23,826 bases of DNA from Fibrobacterota bacterium. Lineage in GTDB: Bacteria; Fibrobacterota; Fibrobacteria; UBA11236. Each line of letters begins with the position of its first letter. The stretch's first letter is position 1. Of the stretch, positions 15,577 through 23,826 are shown in pieces. The notes below the pieces were generated by a model. It made no database searches. It saw nothing but the letters and a program-made list of their open reading frames with translations, and had not been told where the DNA came from. The stretch is taken from the NCBI GenBank assembly GCA_043753995.1, contig JAYUVP010000061.1:1-23826 (forward strand). Direction: 5' to 3'. A program made the position numbers and the translations under genes.

Positions 15577-16941
15577 TTGCTAACCATGTCCGCAACGCCT
15601 TTGGCAATGGATATTCGGCCCTGGTCGCGCTTCAGCCGCAGTATACTCGCCGTGCTGATGGGCGCGGGCACTCTGGTCGGCGTGGTGCTGACCTTGGTCT
15701 CCACTTATAAACAGAAAGCGCAATCCGAGAGCGCCTTAATCCTCAGGGGAGAAGCCCTGACGCGCTCCATGGCCAGAACCGTCCTGGTGCCCATGGTTCT
15801 GGACGACTCGGCGGCCATGGGTTTACTCGCCCATGGCTTTTTGGAAGAACCCGACGTGGTGTATGCCGACTTATTGGGGCCGGATGGCAAAACCCTGCTG
15901 GCCAAATTGCCCTCGCCTGATTTTCTCGTGCCTGCCGCCGTCGCGGGCTTGTCCAGCGTGAGCCGGCAACGATTCACCGCCCGTGGGAGAAATGCCTGGT
16001 GGGACATCACCCTGCCCATCCGCTATTCTTCGAGCGACAAGGCGCATGGAGAATTGCTGGGCTTCGCCAGGCTGGGGCTCTCCGAAGCGCGCGTACGGCA
16101 AGAGCTTCGCGGCATACTCTGGAGCAATATTGGGCTCAGCCTCGGTATCATGACCTTGGCTTTTGTTTTGGCATCGCTTCTCATTCATCGAATGACGCGT
16201 AACATGCATGCCTTGACCGAAGAGGCGCAACTGACGGCGGAACTCAAGCGAAGCAATAAAGAGTTGGAGGCTTTTTCTTATTCCGTGTCGCATGACTTGC
16301 GCGCCCCGCTCCGTTCCATCGACGCCTTCACCCAAATCCTGCTGGCCGAATATCGCGATCGGCTCGACGAAAAGGCGCAAGGTTATTTGGCGCGCGTGCG
16401 TACCGGCTGTCAGCGGATGGCCCAACTCATCGACGACTTGCTTTCCCTGTCCAAGGTCATGCGCCAGGAAATGTCGCGCAGCCCCGTTCCATTGACGGAC
16501 ATCGCCCGCCAAACCGCTGCCGACCTCGCCGAAGCCAATCCCGACAGAAAGGTGGGCGTTTCCATACAAGAGGGAATGACCATCGAAGGCGATCCCGGGC
16601 TCATGCGCATTGTCCTCGAAAACCTGCTGGGCAATGCTTGGAAATTCACCCAAAAGCGACCCGACGCCCGCATCACTTTCACTTCGACGCGCAAAGGCCG
16701 CGATCGGGTTTTCTGCATTCGAGACAATGGCGCGGGTTTCGACATGGCTTATGCCAATAAGCTCTTCGGAGCTTTTCAGCGCTTGCATTCCGGAGCGGAA
16801 TTTCCGGGCACCGGCATTGGCCTGGCCACGGTACAGCGCATCATTGCGCGGCATGGAGGCCAAATATGGGCCGAAAGCACTCTGGGCCAAGGCGCCGCTT
16901 TTTTCTTCCAATTACGCGAAGGCTTTCTCACGGAAAGCTGA
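15577..16941 (+). CDS. Two-TM sensor histidine kinase (HisKA + HATPase_c)
   Basis: Two TM helices flank a roughly 140-aa periplasmic domain. H-box ELEAFSYSVSHDLRAPLR, N-box LENLLGNAWKFT, G1 DNGAGF, F-box LFGAFQRLH, G2 GTGIGLA. The start may be ATG 15586. Confidence 0.95.
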   Translation: MLTMSATPLAMDIRPWSRFSRSILAVLMGAGTLVGVVLTLVSTYKQKAQSESALILRGEALTRSMARTVLVPMVLDDSAAMGLLAHGFLEEPDVVYADLLGPDGKTLLAKLPSPDFLVPAAVAGLSSVSRQRFTARGRNAWWDITLPIRYSSSDKAHGELLGFARLGLSEARVRQELRGILWSNIGLSLGIMTLAFVLASLLIHRMTRNMHALTEEAQLTAELKRSNKELEAFSYSVSHDLRAPLRSIDAFTQILLAEYRDRLDEKAQGYLARVRTGCQRMAQLIDDLLSLSKVMRQEMSRSPVPLTDIARQTAADLAEANPDRKVGVSIQEGMTIEGDPGLMRIVLENLLGNAWKFTQKRPDARITFTSTRKGRDRVFCIRDNGAGFDMAYANKLFGAFQRLHSGAEFPGTGIGLATVQRIIARHGGQIWAESTLGQGAAFFFQLREGFLTES

Positions 16942-17025
16942 AGCCGAAACCTCCCAACTCGTTTTATGGCCGCGATTCGTTCCACCGGTCGGGAGTAACG
17001 TTTATGTTACATAGGAGCGGGTACT

Positions 17026-17745
17026 TTAAAACGAAAGCCCTGCCACCAAGCCATATTGGGCATGGCCCTGGGGCGAAATCGCCAGGCGTGGAAGGAGATG
17101 CAGGGGTAAATCGGTGCTGGTATGCCCCCGGCGAATATGCAATGCCGGTTGAATCAGGCTATAGGCCACGCCGCTGGCATAAACCACGGAGCCAACCCAC
17201 ATCCCTGGCCACGGGCTCCCGCCTCCGCAATTTCCTTCGTTCCCTATGTCGCAAGGAGCATTGGACATGTTCGCAATCAGAAAAGCCACGACCAGGGCTT
17301 CCCCGGCAAATCGCAATGCCGCCGCTGCTAAGGCATGTCCGCCATACCCATTGTAGGCTTGAATCGCCGAGGGTCCGAGTGTCAAGCCGGTCAGGACAAG
17401 GAGGACGCCCAAGCCATTGACTTTGTTGGGCTCGCGATCCGTACTCAGCGCCATTCCCAGCCCAATGGGAAGCACGGTGAATGCCAGGCCAAGCATACTT
17501 CCCACGGCATAATCTTTTTTTGAAATGAGGCGTTTGGTATTCAAAGTGAAGGGGGTATCGTCGAAAGTATTTTCCCTCGCGAGTGATTCCCGGGCTAAAA
17601 AAGAGGAGTTCAATAAGGTTTCCTGGGCTTCCGATAGACTGGCTCCCAGGGATAAAGCCAGAAAAAGGCAGGCCCGTTCCCATAAAGTCCGGTATCCTGG
17701 CCTTACGGGTCTTATCATGCGGATTAGACGCGCATATACCCCCAA
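17026..17745 (-). CDS. Hypothetical membrane protein with Gly-rich hydrophobic helices and a C-terminal aromatic beta-strand
   Basis: Fills the gap between the kinase and icd. Signal-like LFLALSLGASLSEA, four hydrophobic segments, ends YGLVAGLSF. Start uncertain. Confidence 0.6.
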   Translation of the reverse strand: MGVYARLIRMIRPVRPGYRTLWERACLFLALSLGASLSEAQETLLNSSFLARESLARENTFDDTPFTLNTKRLISKKDYAVGSMLGLAFTVLPIGLGMALSTDREPNKVNGLGVLLVLTGLTLGPSAIQAYNGYGGHALAAAALRFAGEALVVAFLIANMSNAPCDIGNEGNCGGGSPWPGMWVGSVVYASGVAYSLIQPALHIRRGHTSTDLPLHLLPRLAISPQGHAQYGLVAGLSF

Positions 17746-17762
17746 ATAGTTACCGGCAAGGG

Positions 17763-17771
17763 TGCTATATT
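17763..17771 (+). promoter_or_regulatory. Possible extended -10 promoter for icd and citrate synthase
   Basis: TG-c-TATATT about 75 nt upstream of the icd ATG; SD GAGG at 17836-17839. Confidence 0.35.
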
Positions 17772-17846
17772 CTGTTTTTTAGGCCGATTCCTTGGTCACT
17801 CCGATCTGAAACGGCAATCCTACCGATTTGACCTTGAGGCAACTTC

Positions 17847-19184
17847 ATGGCATACCACCACGTCAAAATTCCATCCACCGGCGAACGCATTGAAATTGGA
17901 CCGAATGGCGTCCTGAAGGTTCCTGATCACCCCATTATTCCTTTCATCGAAGGGGATGGCACGGGTCCTGACATTTGGAAATCGGCCGTTTACACCATGG
18001 ACGAAGCCGTGCGCAAGGTCTATGGCGGCAAACGCAAAATCGCCTGGATGGAAGTTTATGCGGGAGAGAAATCGACTCAGGTTTATGGTCCGGGAGTGTG
18101 GCTTCCCGATGAAACCCTCGATGCCTTTAAGACCTATTTGGTTGGCATCAAAGGCCCTTTGACGACCCCGGTAGGCAAGGGTATTCGTTCCCTCAATGTG
18201 GCTTTGCGTCAAATTCTCGACCTCTATGTTTGCTTGCGCCCGGTACGTTGGTTTCAAGGCGTCCCTTCACCGGTGAAGCATCCGGAAAAAGTCGAAATGG
18301 TGATTTTCCGTGAGAATACCGAAGACATTTATGCGGGTATCGAATGGTCGGCTGGCAGCCCAGAGGCCGCCAAAGTCTTGGCCTTTATCGAAAAAGAATT
18401 CCCCAAGGATTTCGCCAAGATCCGCTTCGGCACCGAAAAGTCTGGCCAAGAATGGCAGAAGCTGCTCGAAACCGTCGGCGCGCCCAAACGCAATGTTGCT
18501 CTCGAAGTCGGCGTGGGCATCAAGCCCGTAAGTTATTTGGGCACCGAACGTCTGGTGCATAGCGCCCTCGAATATGCCATCAAGCACAATCGTAAGAGTG
18601 TGACTCTGGTGCATAAGGGCAATATCATGAAATACACCGAAGGTGCTTTCCGCGACTGGGGTTATCAGGTCGCCAAAGAGATTTTCGGTGCCGTGGAAAT
18701 AGACGGGGGTCCCTGGTGCAAGATTCCCGAGGGCAAGCGTGGCGCGGGCATCGTCATCAAGGACGCCATTGCCGACATTACCCTGCAGCAAATTTTGACT
18801 CGTCCCGAGGATTTCGACGTGATCGCCACTTTGAACCTGAATGGCGACTATCTCTCTGACGCACTTGCGGCCCAAGTTGGCGGCATCGGAATTGCCCCCG
18901 GTGGCAACGTGAATTACCTGACCGGCCATGCGATTTTCGAAGCCACCCACGGCACCGCACCCAAGTATGCCAATCTCGATCGCGTGAATCCTGGATCGGT
19001 TTTGCTTTCGGGCGTGATGATGCTCGAACATTTAGGATGGATTGAAGCTGCCGAGGCCATTGTCAAAGCCTTGGAAAAAACCATTGGCCAGAAGACGGTC
19101 ACCTATGATTTCGCGCGTCTCATGGAAGGCGCCACTGAAATCAAGTGCTCGGAATTCGGCAAACGCGTCGCCGATAATATCTGA
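17847..19184 (+). CDS. icd: NADP-dependent isocitrate dehydrogenase (homodimeric, E. coli type)
   Basis: [101 protein letters not shown]. Confidence 0.98.
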   Translation: MAYHHVKIPSTGERIEIGPNGVLKVPDHPIIPFIEGDGTGPDIWKSAVYTMDEAVRKVYGGKRKIAWMEVYAGEKSTQVYGPGVWLPDETLDAFKTYLVGIKGPLTTPVGKGIRSLNVALRQILDLYVCLRPVRWFQGVPSPVKHPEKVEMVIFRENTEDIYAGIEWSAGSPEAAKVLAFIEKEFPKDFAKIRFGTEKSGQEWQKLLETVGAPKRNVALEVGVGIKPVSYLGTERLVHSALEYAIKHNRKSVTLVHKGNIMKYTEGAFRDWGYQVAKEIFGAVEIDGGPWCKIPEGKRGAGIVIKDAIADITLQQILTRPEDFDVIATLNLNGDYLSDALAAQVGGIGIAPGGNVNYLTGHAIFEATHGTAPKYANLDRVNPGSVLLSGVMMLEHLGWIEAAEAIVKALEKTIGQKTVTYDFARLMEGATEIKCSEFGKRVADNI

Positions 19185-19236
19185 ATCCAGCCGCAACGGA
19201 TAGAACAACCCAACTCATACTCTGCTGGAGCTCATG

Positions 19237-20403
19237 ATGGCTAACCAAGACGTCCTCTTTTCGATTACCCGTGACCATCTCGATACTGGCCTACGGGGGT
19301 TTCCGGTGGGTACATGTCCAATTAGTGACGTCGATACCTATAAAGGTTTGTCTTATGGCGGTTATCTCATTGCCGATTTGGCAGACAAGCAACCCGAAGA
19401 GGTGATTTACCTCTTGCTCAACAAGAGCTTGCCCGATGCCGCGCAATTGTCCGCCTTCAAACAAGAACTCATCGCGAATAGTCATTTGCATCCCGGTGTG
19501 ATAGAAAAGCTTCGCCTCCTGCCCCGTACCGGCCATCCCATGAAATGGCTCATGGTGGCTTTGGTCCTCATGGGCATGTATAGCGGGACGGGTGATTATC
19601 GCAAAGATTGCTTGGCCGTGATTGCTCAATTGCCCGAGGCTGTAGCGGCCATTTTCCGCATTCGTTCGGGATGGGGCGAGCCCATAGCCAGCAAACCCGA
19701 GCTCGGACTCATCGAGAATTTCGTGCACATGCTCGGCGCCCCTGCGGCTGGGCCAGAATTGACTCGGGTCTTGCGTGTTTTCCACATTCTGCACATGGAT
19801 CATGGTGGCGGTAATTTGAGCACCTTTGTGGGCAAGGCCATTGCCTCGGGACACGAAGACTTATTTGGATCGCTAACGGGTGCCATGGGGGCGCTTGCTG
19901 GTCCGCTTCACGGTATGGCCAATCAAGAATGCCTGCGCTTTTTGAAGGCCGTCAGCCAGGATATTCAAGACCCGACCAATATGGCCCAGGTCTCCGAATA
20001 TGTCGAGAATTTATTGAACAAGGGCGGCGTGCTTTATGGTTTCGGCCATGCCGTCTTGCGCGTAGAAGATCCTCGCGCAACCGTGCAATTCGCCCTCGGG
20101 GAAAAATTGGCAGCCAATGACCGCCTATTCCGATTGGCTCTTACCTTGCGAACCGTGGGCAGCGAAGCTTTGAAAAAGCGCGGCAAGGTGAGTGACCCTC
20201 ATCCCAATGTCGATGCCGTTTCGGGTTGCTTATTGAATGCCAGCGGCCTTACCGATGAAAATTATTATACCGTGCTTTTCGGCTTGGCGCGTTGTGTGGG
20301 TATTTCCGCGCAAATCGTCTGGGAGCGCACCGAAGCCCGTAACGGCAAGGGTACGGCTATTGTACGGCCCAATTATTTATACACGGGCCCGGTTCGGGCA
20401 TAG
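19237..20403 (+). CDS. gltA: Citrate (Si)-synthase with eukaryote-like motifs
   Basis: LHMDHGGGNLST, LAGPLHGMANQE, GFGHAVLRVEDPR and HPNVDAVSG contain the catalytic His/His/Asp. SD GGAG at 19227-19230 favours the second ATG (19237) over 19234. Confidence 0.95.
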   Translation: MANQDVLFSITRDHLDTGLRGFPVGTCPISDVDTYKGLSYGGYLIADLADKQPEEVIYLLLNKSLPDAAQLSAFKQELIANSHLHPGVIEKLRLLPRTGHPMKWLMVALVLMGMYSGTGDYRKDCLAVIAQLPEAVAAIFRIRSGWGEPIASKPELGLIENFVHMLGAPAAGPELTRVLRVFHILHMDHGGGNLSTFVGKAIASGHEDLFGSLTGAMGALAGPLHGMANQECLRFLKAVSQDIQDPTNMAQVSEYVENLLNKGGVLYGFGHAVLRVEDPRATVQFALGEKLAANDRLFRLALTLRTVGSEALKKRGKVSDPHPNVDAVSGCLLNASGLTDENYYTVLFGLARCVGISAQIVWERTEARNGKGTAIVRPNYLYTGPVRA

Positions 20404-20424
20404 ACCTTTGGCTTGTATGTTCGT

Positions 20425-21735
20425 TTAGGGGAAATAGGGCAGTAGGATGGCTACTGCCGCCCCGGGTACTTTTAGAAAATAAATCCCAGGCACAAGGTCG
20501 GTGGGCAATCGATATTGCCCCATTCCATTTGTTTTAATCGTCACCTTTTGGCCTTGTCCATTCATGAGTTGCACCTCTCCTCGATGCCCGACGGATATTT
20601 CCCGATTCAAAATACCGACATTGGCGGGTGAGGGTAAGGTTGAAATCCATTCGGAAACCACTCTTAAAGCCAGGGTATCTGGTTCCGCCGTAGCCAACGG
20701 AGGCATTTTGTCCAGGCCTCGATCTTTCATGCGGTAGTGAATGATGGATTTATCAGTATTCCCGCCATAAAGAAGCAATGAATTGGGAATGCCATAATCG
20801 AATTTGGCGGCTTGATTTAAATAATTGATCGGCGTTCCAGTTTTGAAATAATCGAAATCCTGGACCGCGCTCAAGACCGTGCCTATCACCCGCCGGCCCT
20901 CCGCACTATGGCAAAAGGAGCAATTCACTGCCAGATAGGAACGCGCTCGCCTTTCGAGAGATTGAGTGGTGTCCGAGAGAGCGGCCCACCGATGGGATTG
21001 GCTGAAATCCGGAAAGCTATTGCCACGAAAAACCCCGGCGGAGACAAAGGCTTGCAATTGGTTGATATTGGGTTGGGCGAAAGACGGACGATTTAATTCG
21101 GCAGTGTAAAACCCTAAGACTTGCCTTCCCCCGGACATATGGCAGCGCCAACATGCGGCTTGGGAGGGAAAGGACCATTTTTTTTGCACCGGTTGCCTAT
21201 TCGGGGAATAGGTAGTGATTGAAGTTTCCATTCCTAATAATGGATTCACCAATTCCGCATCCATTTGATCGCGATTCCATCGGTAGGAGAATCCATACCA
21301 TACCGTGGCGGAATCATCCGAATTTTGTTTGATGAGCAAACGCGTTTCGAGATAGATGCGTGAGGTCGCCTCACCTTGAATCGTGTCGATAAGGAAGTTT
21401 TTCACCAAAACCGTGCCCTTAGGAAAAGAGTAGGCGGAGTCATCACGGTAAGTTATTTGGGAATCCTCGGGCAAAATGAAATATCGGATTTTAAAGGCGC
21501 CATCGCTCCAAAGTGCCGAATTGATTTCGAAGCGGGTGATTCCCGCATTGACCGTCTTTGCTAGAATGTCTCGGAAAATCCCGGTTTGAGAAATTTTCTT
21601 GGGAATGGCGGCGGAATCAAGAGCATTGAAAAAAACGAATGCGGAATCCGCAGCCATTCGATGAGGCGATGCGATTGGCGTGGGCGAAAACAGAGACCCA
21701 AAATAAATCAGGGAAATGCATGCAAGTGATTTCAT
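20425..21735 (-). CDS. Secreted di-heme c-type cytochrome, SO2930/HNE_0200-like, with a T9SS-like C-terminal domain
   Basis: Signal peptide. Motifs INSALWSDGAFKIRY, FPKGTVLVKNF, LETRLL, YRWN..DAEL, CWRCH (21139-21153), RARSYLAVNCSFCH (CXXCH 20908-20922) and MPPL. Tail QLMNGQGQKV..DLVPGIYFLKV. Confidence 0.85.
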   Translation of the reverse strand: MKSLACISLIYFGSLFSPTPIASPHRMAADSAFVFFNALDSAAIPKKISQTGIFRDILAKTVNAGITRFEINSALWSDGAFKIRYFILPEDSQITYRDDSAYSFPKGTVLVKNFLIDTIQGEATSRIYLETRLLIKQNSDDSATVWYGFSYRWNRDQMDAELVNPLLGMETSITTYSPNRQPVQKKWSFPSQAACWRCHMSGGRQVLGFYTAELNRPSFAQPNINQLQAFVSAGVFRGNSFPDFSQSHRWAALSDTTQSLERRARSYLAVNCSFCHSAEGRRVIGTVLSAVQDFDYFKTGTPINYLNQAAKFDYGIPNSLLLYGGNTDKSIIHYRMKDRGLDKMPPLATAEPDTLALRVVSEWISTLPSPANVGILNREISVGHRGEVQLMNGQGQKVTIKTNGMGQYRLPTDLVPGIYFLKVPGAAVAILLPYFP

Positions 21736-21776
21736 GGAGGGTTCTCAGGTGCAAAACGCAGGGTGCAAAGTGGAAA

Positions 21777-21806
21777 GGCTTAGGTGGATATCACTCCACC
21801 CAAGCC
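21777..21806 (-). terminator. Intergenic 12-bp stem-loop (partial terminator or mRNA-stabilising stem)
   Basis: Minus strand GGCTTGGGTGGA-gtgata-TCCACCTAAGCC (one G-U pair), followed by TTTCCACTTT. Confidence 0.6.
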
Positions 21807-21822
21807 AAAAAATCCGGGTGAA

Positions 21823-23535
21823 TTATTCCAGTAATCGGACTTTGAGAATTCCGTAGGGTAGGGAAGCCGGCAAATTCACGCTATGCAAGGTGCTGGCCGA
21901 AGATCTTGAATAAGACCACACCTTGGATCCAATCATGGAATAAAGCTCGAACCCTCTTACCCCTTTCGGCAATTCCAAGGTCTGGGGCTTTCCGAAATTG
22001 GCAATCAAATCGGCCCTGCGAAGCACTTTGCGATGGTAAAAAGAATTGTCAAAGGTGGATGTCGGCGTGGCCATTTCCAGGCGCAGCAACATGCCATTAT
22101 TGGAATTGTGAGGGTAATTCCATTCACCCCAAGCCAAAATATATAAGGCACCATCCGGGCCAAGGCTCATGTCCATGGCATTGTTGATAGGGCTGGCGGC
22201 AAAGTAGAAGCGCAAGAAATTTCCACTGGAGTCCAATTCGACCAGGGGTTCTTCCAAGCCTGGATCCTTGAAAGGGTCGACGCGCAAGGGATTTCCAGTG
22301 CCATCGAGCTTAACTGCCTTGATAAAACTGCGTCCCCAATCGGCAACGAAAAGGGTGCTGTCAAAAGAGGCCGGGAGTTTGCGCGAGGAAACCAAGGTGG
22401 TGTCATACCGATATACCGGGCCGACGATTACGGCATTGGATCGGCCTTGACCGAATTCTGGCCAATAGGGTTCACGAGAATATTCCGGCACCTGTTCGCG
22501 ATTATTGTTGTAGGAATACCAAATCAAGGCGCCCTTTGCCGGTGGCAAAGTATCGAGACCGGTATGGTTCGGAGATTTATTGACGGGTTTTAAGGAATCC
22601 CATTTCGGGCCGACCGTGCTGTCTGTAAAGTTGTACTTGGTATAGGCATAATTCGGACCATTGAAATAGGGCCAGCCATAATTGCCGGGCGTCTTCGCGA
22701 GGTTCACTTCATCATACCCGCGAGGACCTCGGGTGGCGCTGCTGGTAGAGGAATTAGGGCCAGGTTCGCCCCAATACAACCAATTGTTTTTCGGATCAAT
22801 GGACAGAGAAAAGGGATTGCGGCAGCCCATGATATAAATCTCGCCTCGGCCCTTGGTGGTGTCCGTGAACAGATTCCCAGATGGAATGGTATAGGTGCCA
22901 TTGTCCTCCGGATGTATACGGAGAATTTTTCCGGATAAGCTTTTTGTATTCGCAGAAGATTTTTGCGCGTCATAATGCACGCGATTCGGCCTCTCGTCCG
23001 TGGGCGAATATCCATCCGATCCATCATTAAAGGTGTCGTCGCCTGAACCGATATAAAGATTTCCGCTGGAATCAAAAACAAGATCGGCCCCGGGATGGTG
23101 GGCATCAAAGGTGGGATAGGGAAAGGATAGGATCACTTTTTTGGAAGTCGTATCCAAGGACCCGTCGTTTTTCTGCGTGTATCTTGCGACAACTCGAACT
23201 GCGGATGCCGTGTCTACGGTTTGGGAGTAATAGAGATAGACTCGTTTATTCGTTGCATGTGCAGGGTCGAGTGCGACCCCAAGCAATCCGCCTTCAGCGC
23301 GGGCATCCGGGAACCACCTTACCGAAAACTTATTCACCAATAGGATACTGTTGCTCGTCGGATCAAAAAGCTTCAGGTTACCATTGCGCTCGGTGATGAA
23401 TACCTTGCCGTCCTTAGCAATCGCCATTTTCATGGGGTCAGCCAGGTTTCTTGCGAGAATTCGCGTCGTCAATTGCATTTGCTGCGCCGAGGCCATGGCT
23501 GCAGAAATCAAAATAAGTGACGTCGACAATTTCAT
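21823..23535 (-). CDS. PQQ-dependent sugar dehydrogenase (glucose/sorbosone dehydrogenase beta-propeller) with a T9SS-like C-terminal domain
   Basis: SD AGGGGG and signal peptide ending ASA-Q. Motifs PMKMAIAKDGKVFITER, EGGLLGVALDP, HHPGADLVFDSSGNLYIGSGD, LSGKILRI, GCRNPF, DEVN..GNYGWP and GPDGALY. Tail FELYSMIGSKVWSY..LPYGILKVRLLE. Confidence 0.92.
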   Translation of the reverse strand: MKLSTSLILISAAMASAQQMQLTTRILARNLADPMKMAIAKDGKVFITERNGNLKLFDPTSNSILLVNKFSVRWFPDARAEGGLLGVALDPAHATNKRVYLYYSQTVDTASAVRVVARYTQKNDGSLDTTSKKVILSFPYPTFDAHHPGADLVFDSSGNLYIGSGDDTFNDGSDGYSPTDERPNRVHYDAQKSSANTKSLSGKILRIHPEDNGTYTIPSGNLFTDTTKGRGEIYIMGCRNPFSLSIDPKNNWLYWGEPGPNSSTSSATRGPRGYDEVNLAKTPGNYGWPYFNGPNYAYTKYNFTDSTVGPKWDSLKPVNKSPNHTGLDTLPPAKGALIWYSYNNNREQVPEYSREPYWPEFGQGRSNAVIVGPVYRYDTTLVSSRKLPASFDSTLFVADWGRSFIKAVKLDGTGNPLRVDPFKDPGLEEPLVELDSSGNFLRFYFAASPINNAMDMSLGPDGALYILAWGEWNYPHNSNNGMLLRLEMATPTSTFDNSFYHRKVLRRADLIANFGKPQTLELPKGVRGFELYSMIGSKVWSYSRSSASTLHSVNLPASLPYGILKVRLLE

Positions 23536-23826
23536 ATTTCCCCCTGTGAGAATTATTTCGGAATCTATCCCAATGTGATATTTTTAGGGATTTAGCTTCT
23601 GAAAAGCTTGAAGCATACATTTAAATGTTGCGATGACAACTCATCAAACTGATGAAAGGGTGCGGAAATAAGCGCGAAAATTAAAAATGTAACGAATATC
23701 ATTAAATAATAAATTGGCAAGGGGGTGATACCCTATGTGATAAAAATATCATACTGCAATATAATGGGTGACAATATGGGTGAAGGGTTGCCATCCTTCA
23801 ATTCGATAATGAGTGTTGGAGTAATG

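Noticed and set aside
15871..16911. 346-aa minus-strand ORF
   Set aside because: Antisense shadow of the well-supported histidine kinase.
16951..16995. CTCCCAAC...GTCGGGAG inverted repeat after the kinase
   Set aside because: Imperfect stem, long loop and no U-tract; too weak to call a terminator.
16866..17420. 184-aa plus-strand ORF
   Set aside because: It overlaps the kinase end and the opposite-strand membrane protein, and its Arg/Pro/Ser-rich composition is typical of spurious frames.
18267..19031. 254-aa minus-strand ORF
   Set aside because: Antisense shadow of icd, expected from codon bias.
23818..23826. GGAG-TA-ATG at the window end as a gene start
   Set aside because: SD spacing is only 2 nt and no downstream sequence is available to test it.

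Overview
Gene-dense bacterial window with 17 credible CDSs. I saw no rRNA, tRNA, CRISPR array or transposase. Basic, T9SS-like C-terminal tails and Ig-rich lipoproteins suggest an FCB-group organism, most likely Fibrobacterota (inference only). In order: (1) an LVIVD/Ig/discoidin protein coupled to a PKD/YVTN beta-propeller/di-heme cytochrome c peroxidase-like protein; (2) a TPR-like anchored protein coupled to a large Ig-repeat lipoprotein; (3) a double PA14-like lipoprotein; (4) a YafY/WYL regulator plus an EhpR-like VOC gene, with a candidate operator and a long leader hairpin; (5) a PEP-CTERM gene with a sigma-54 promoter and enhancer-like box; (6) a four-gene operon of two paralogous outer-membrane beta-barrels, an orphan ABC-type binding protein and a histidine kinase; (7) a membrane hypothetical; (8) icd and a eukaryote-like citrate synthase; (9) a PQQ/GSDH-type dehydrogenase plus a di-heme SO2930-like cytochrome. 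The best candidates for undescribed systems are the twin-porin/binding-protein/kinase operon and the two split redox pairs in which each half carries its own putative export tail. All family calls are from motif recognition by eye, with no database searches.
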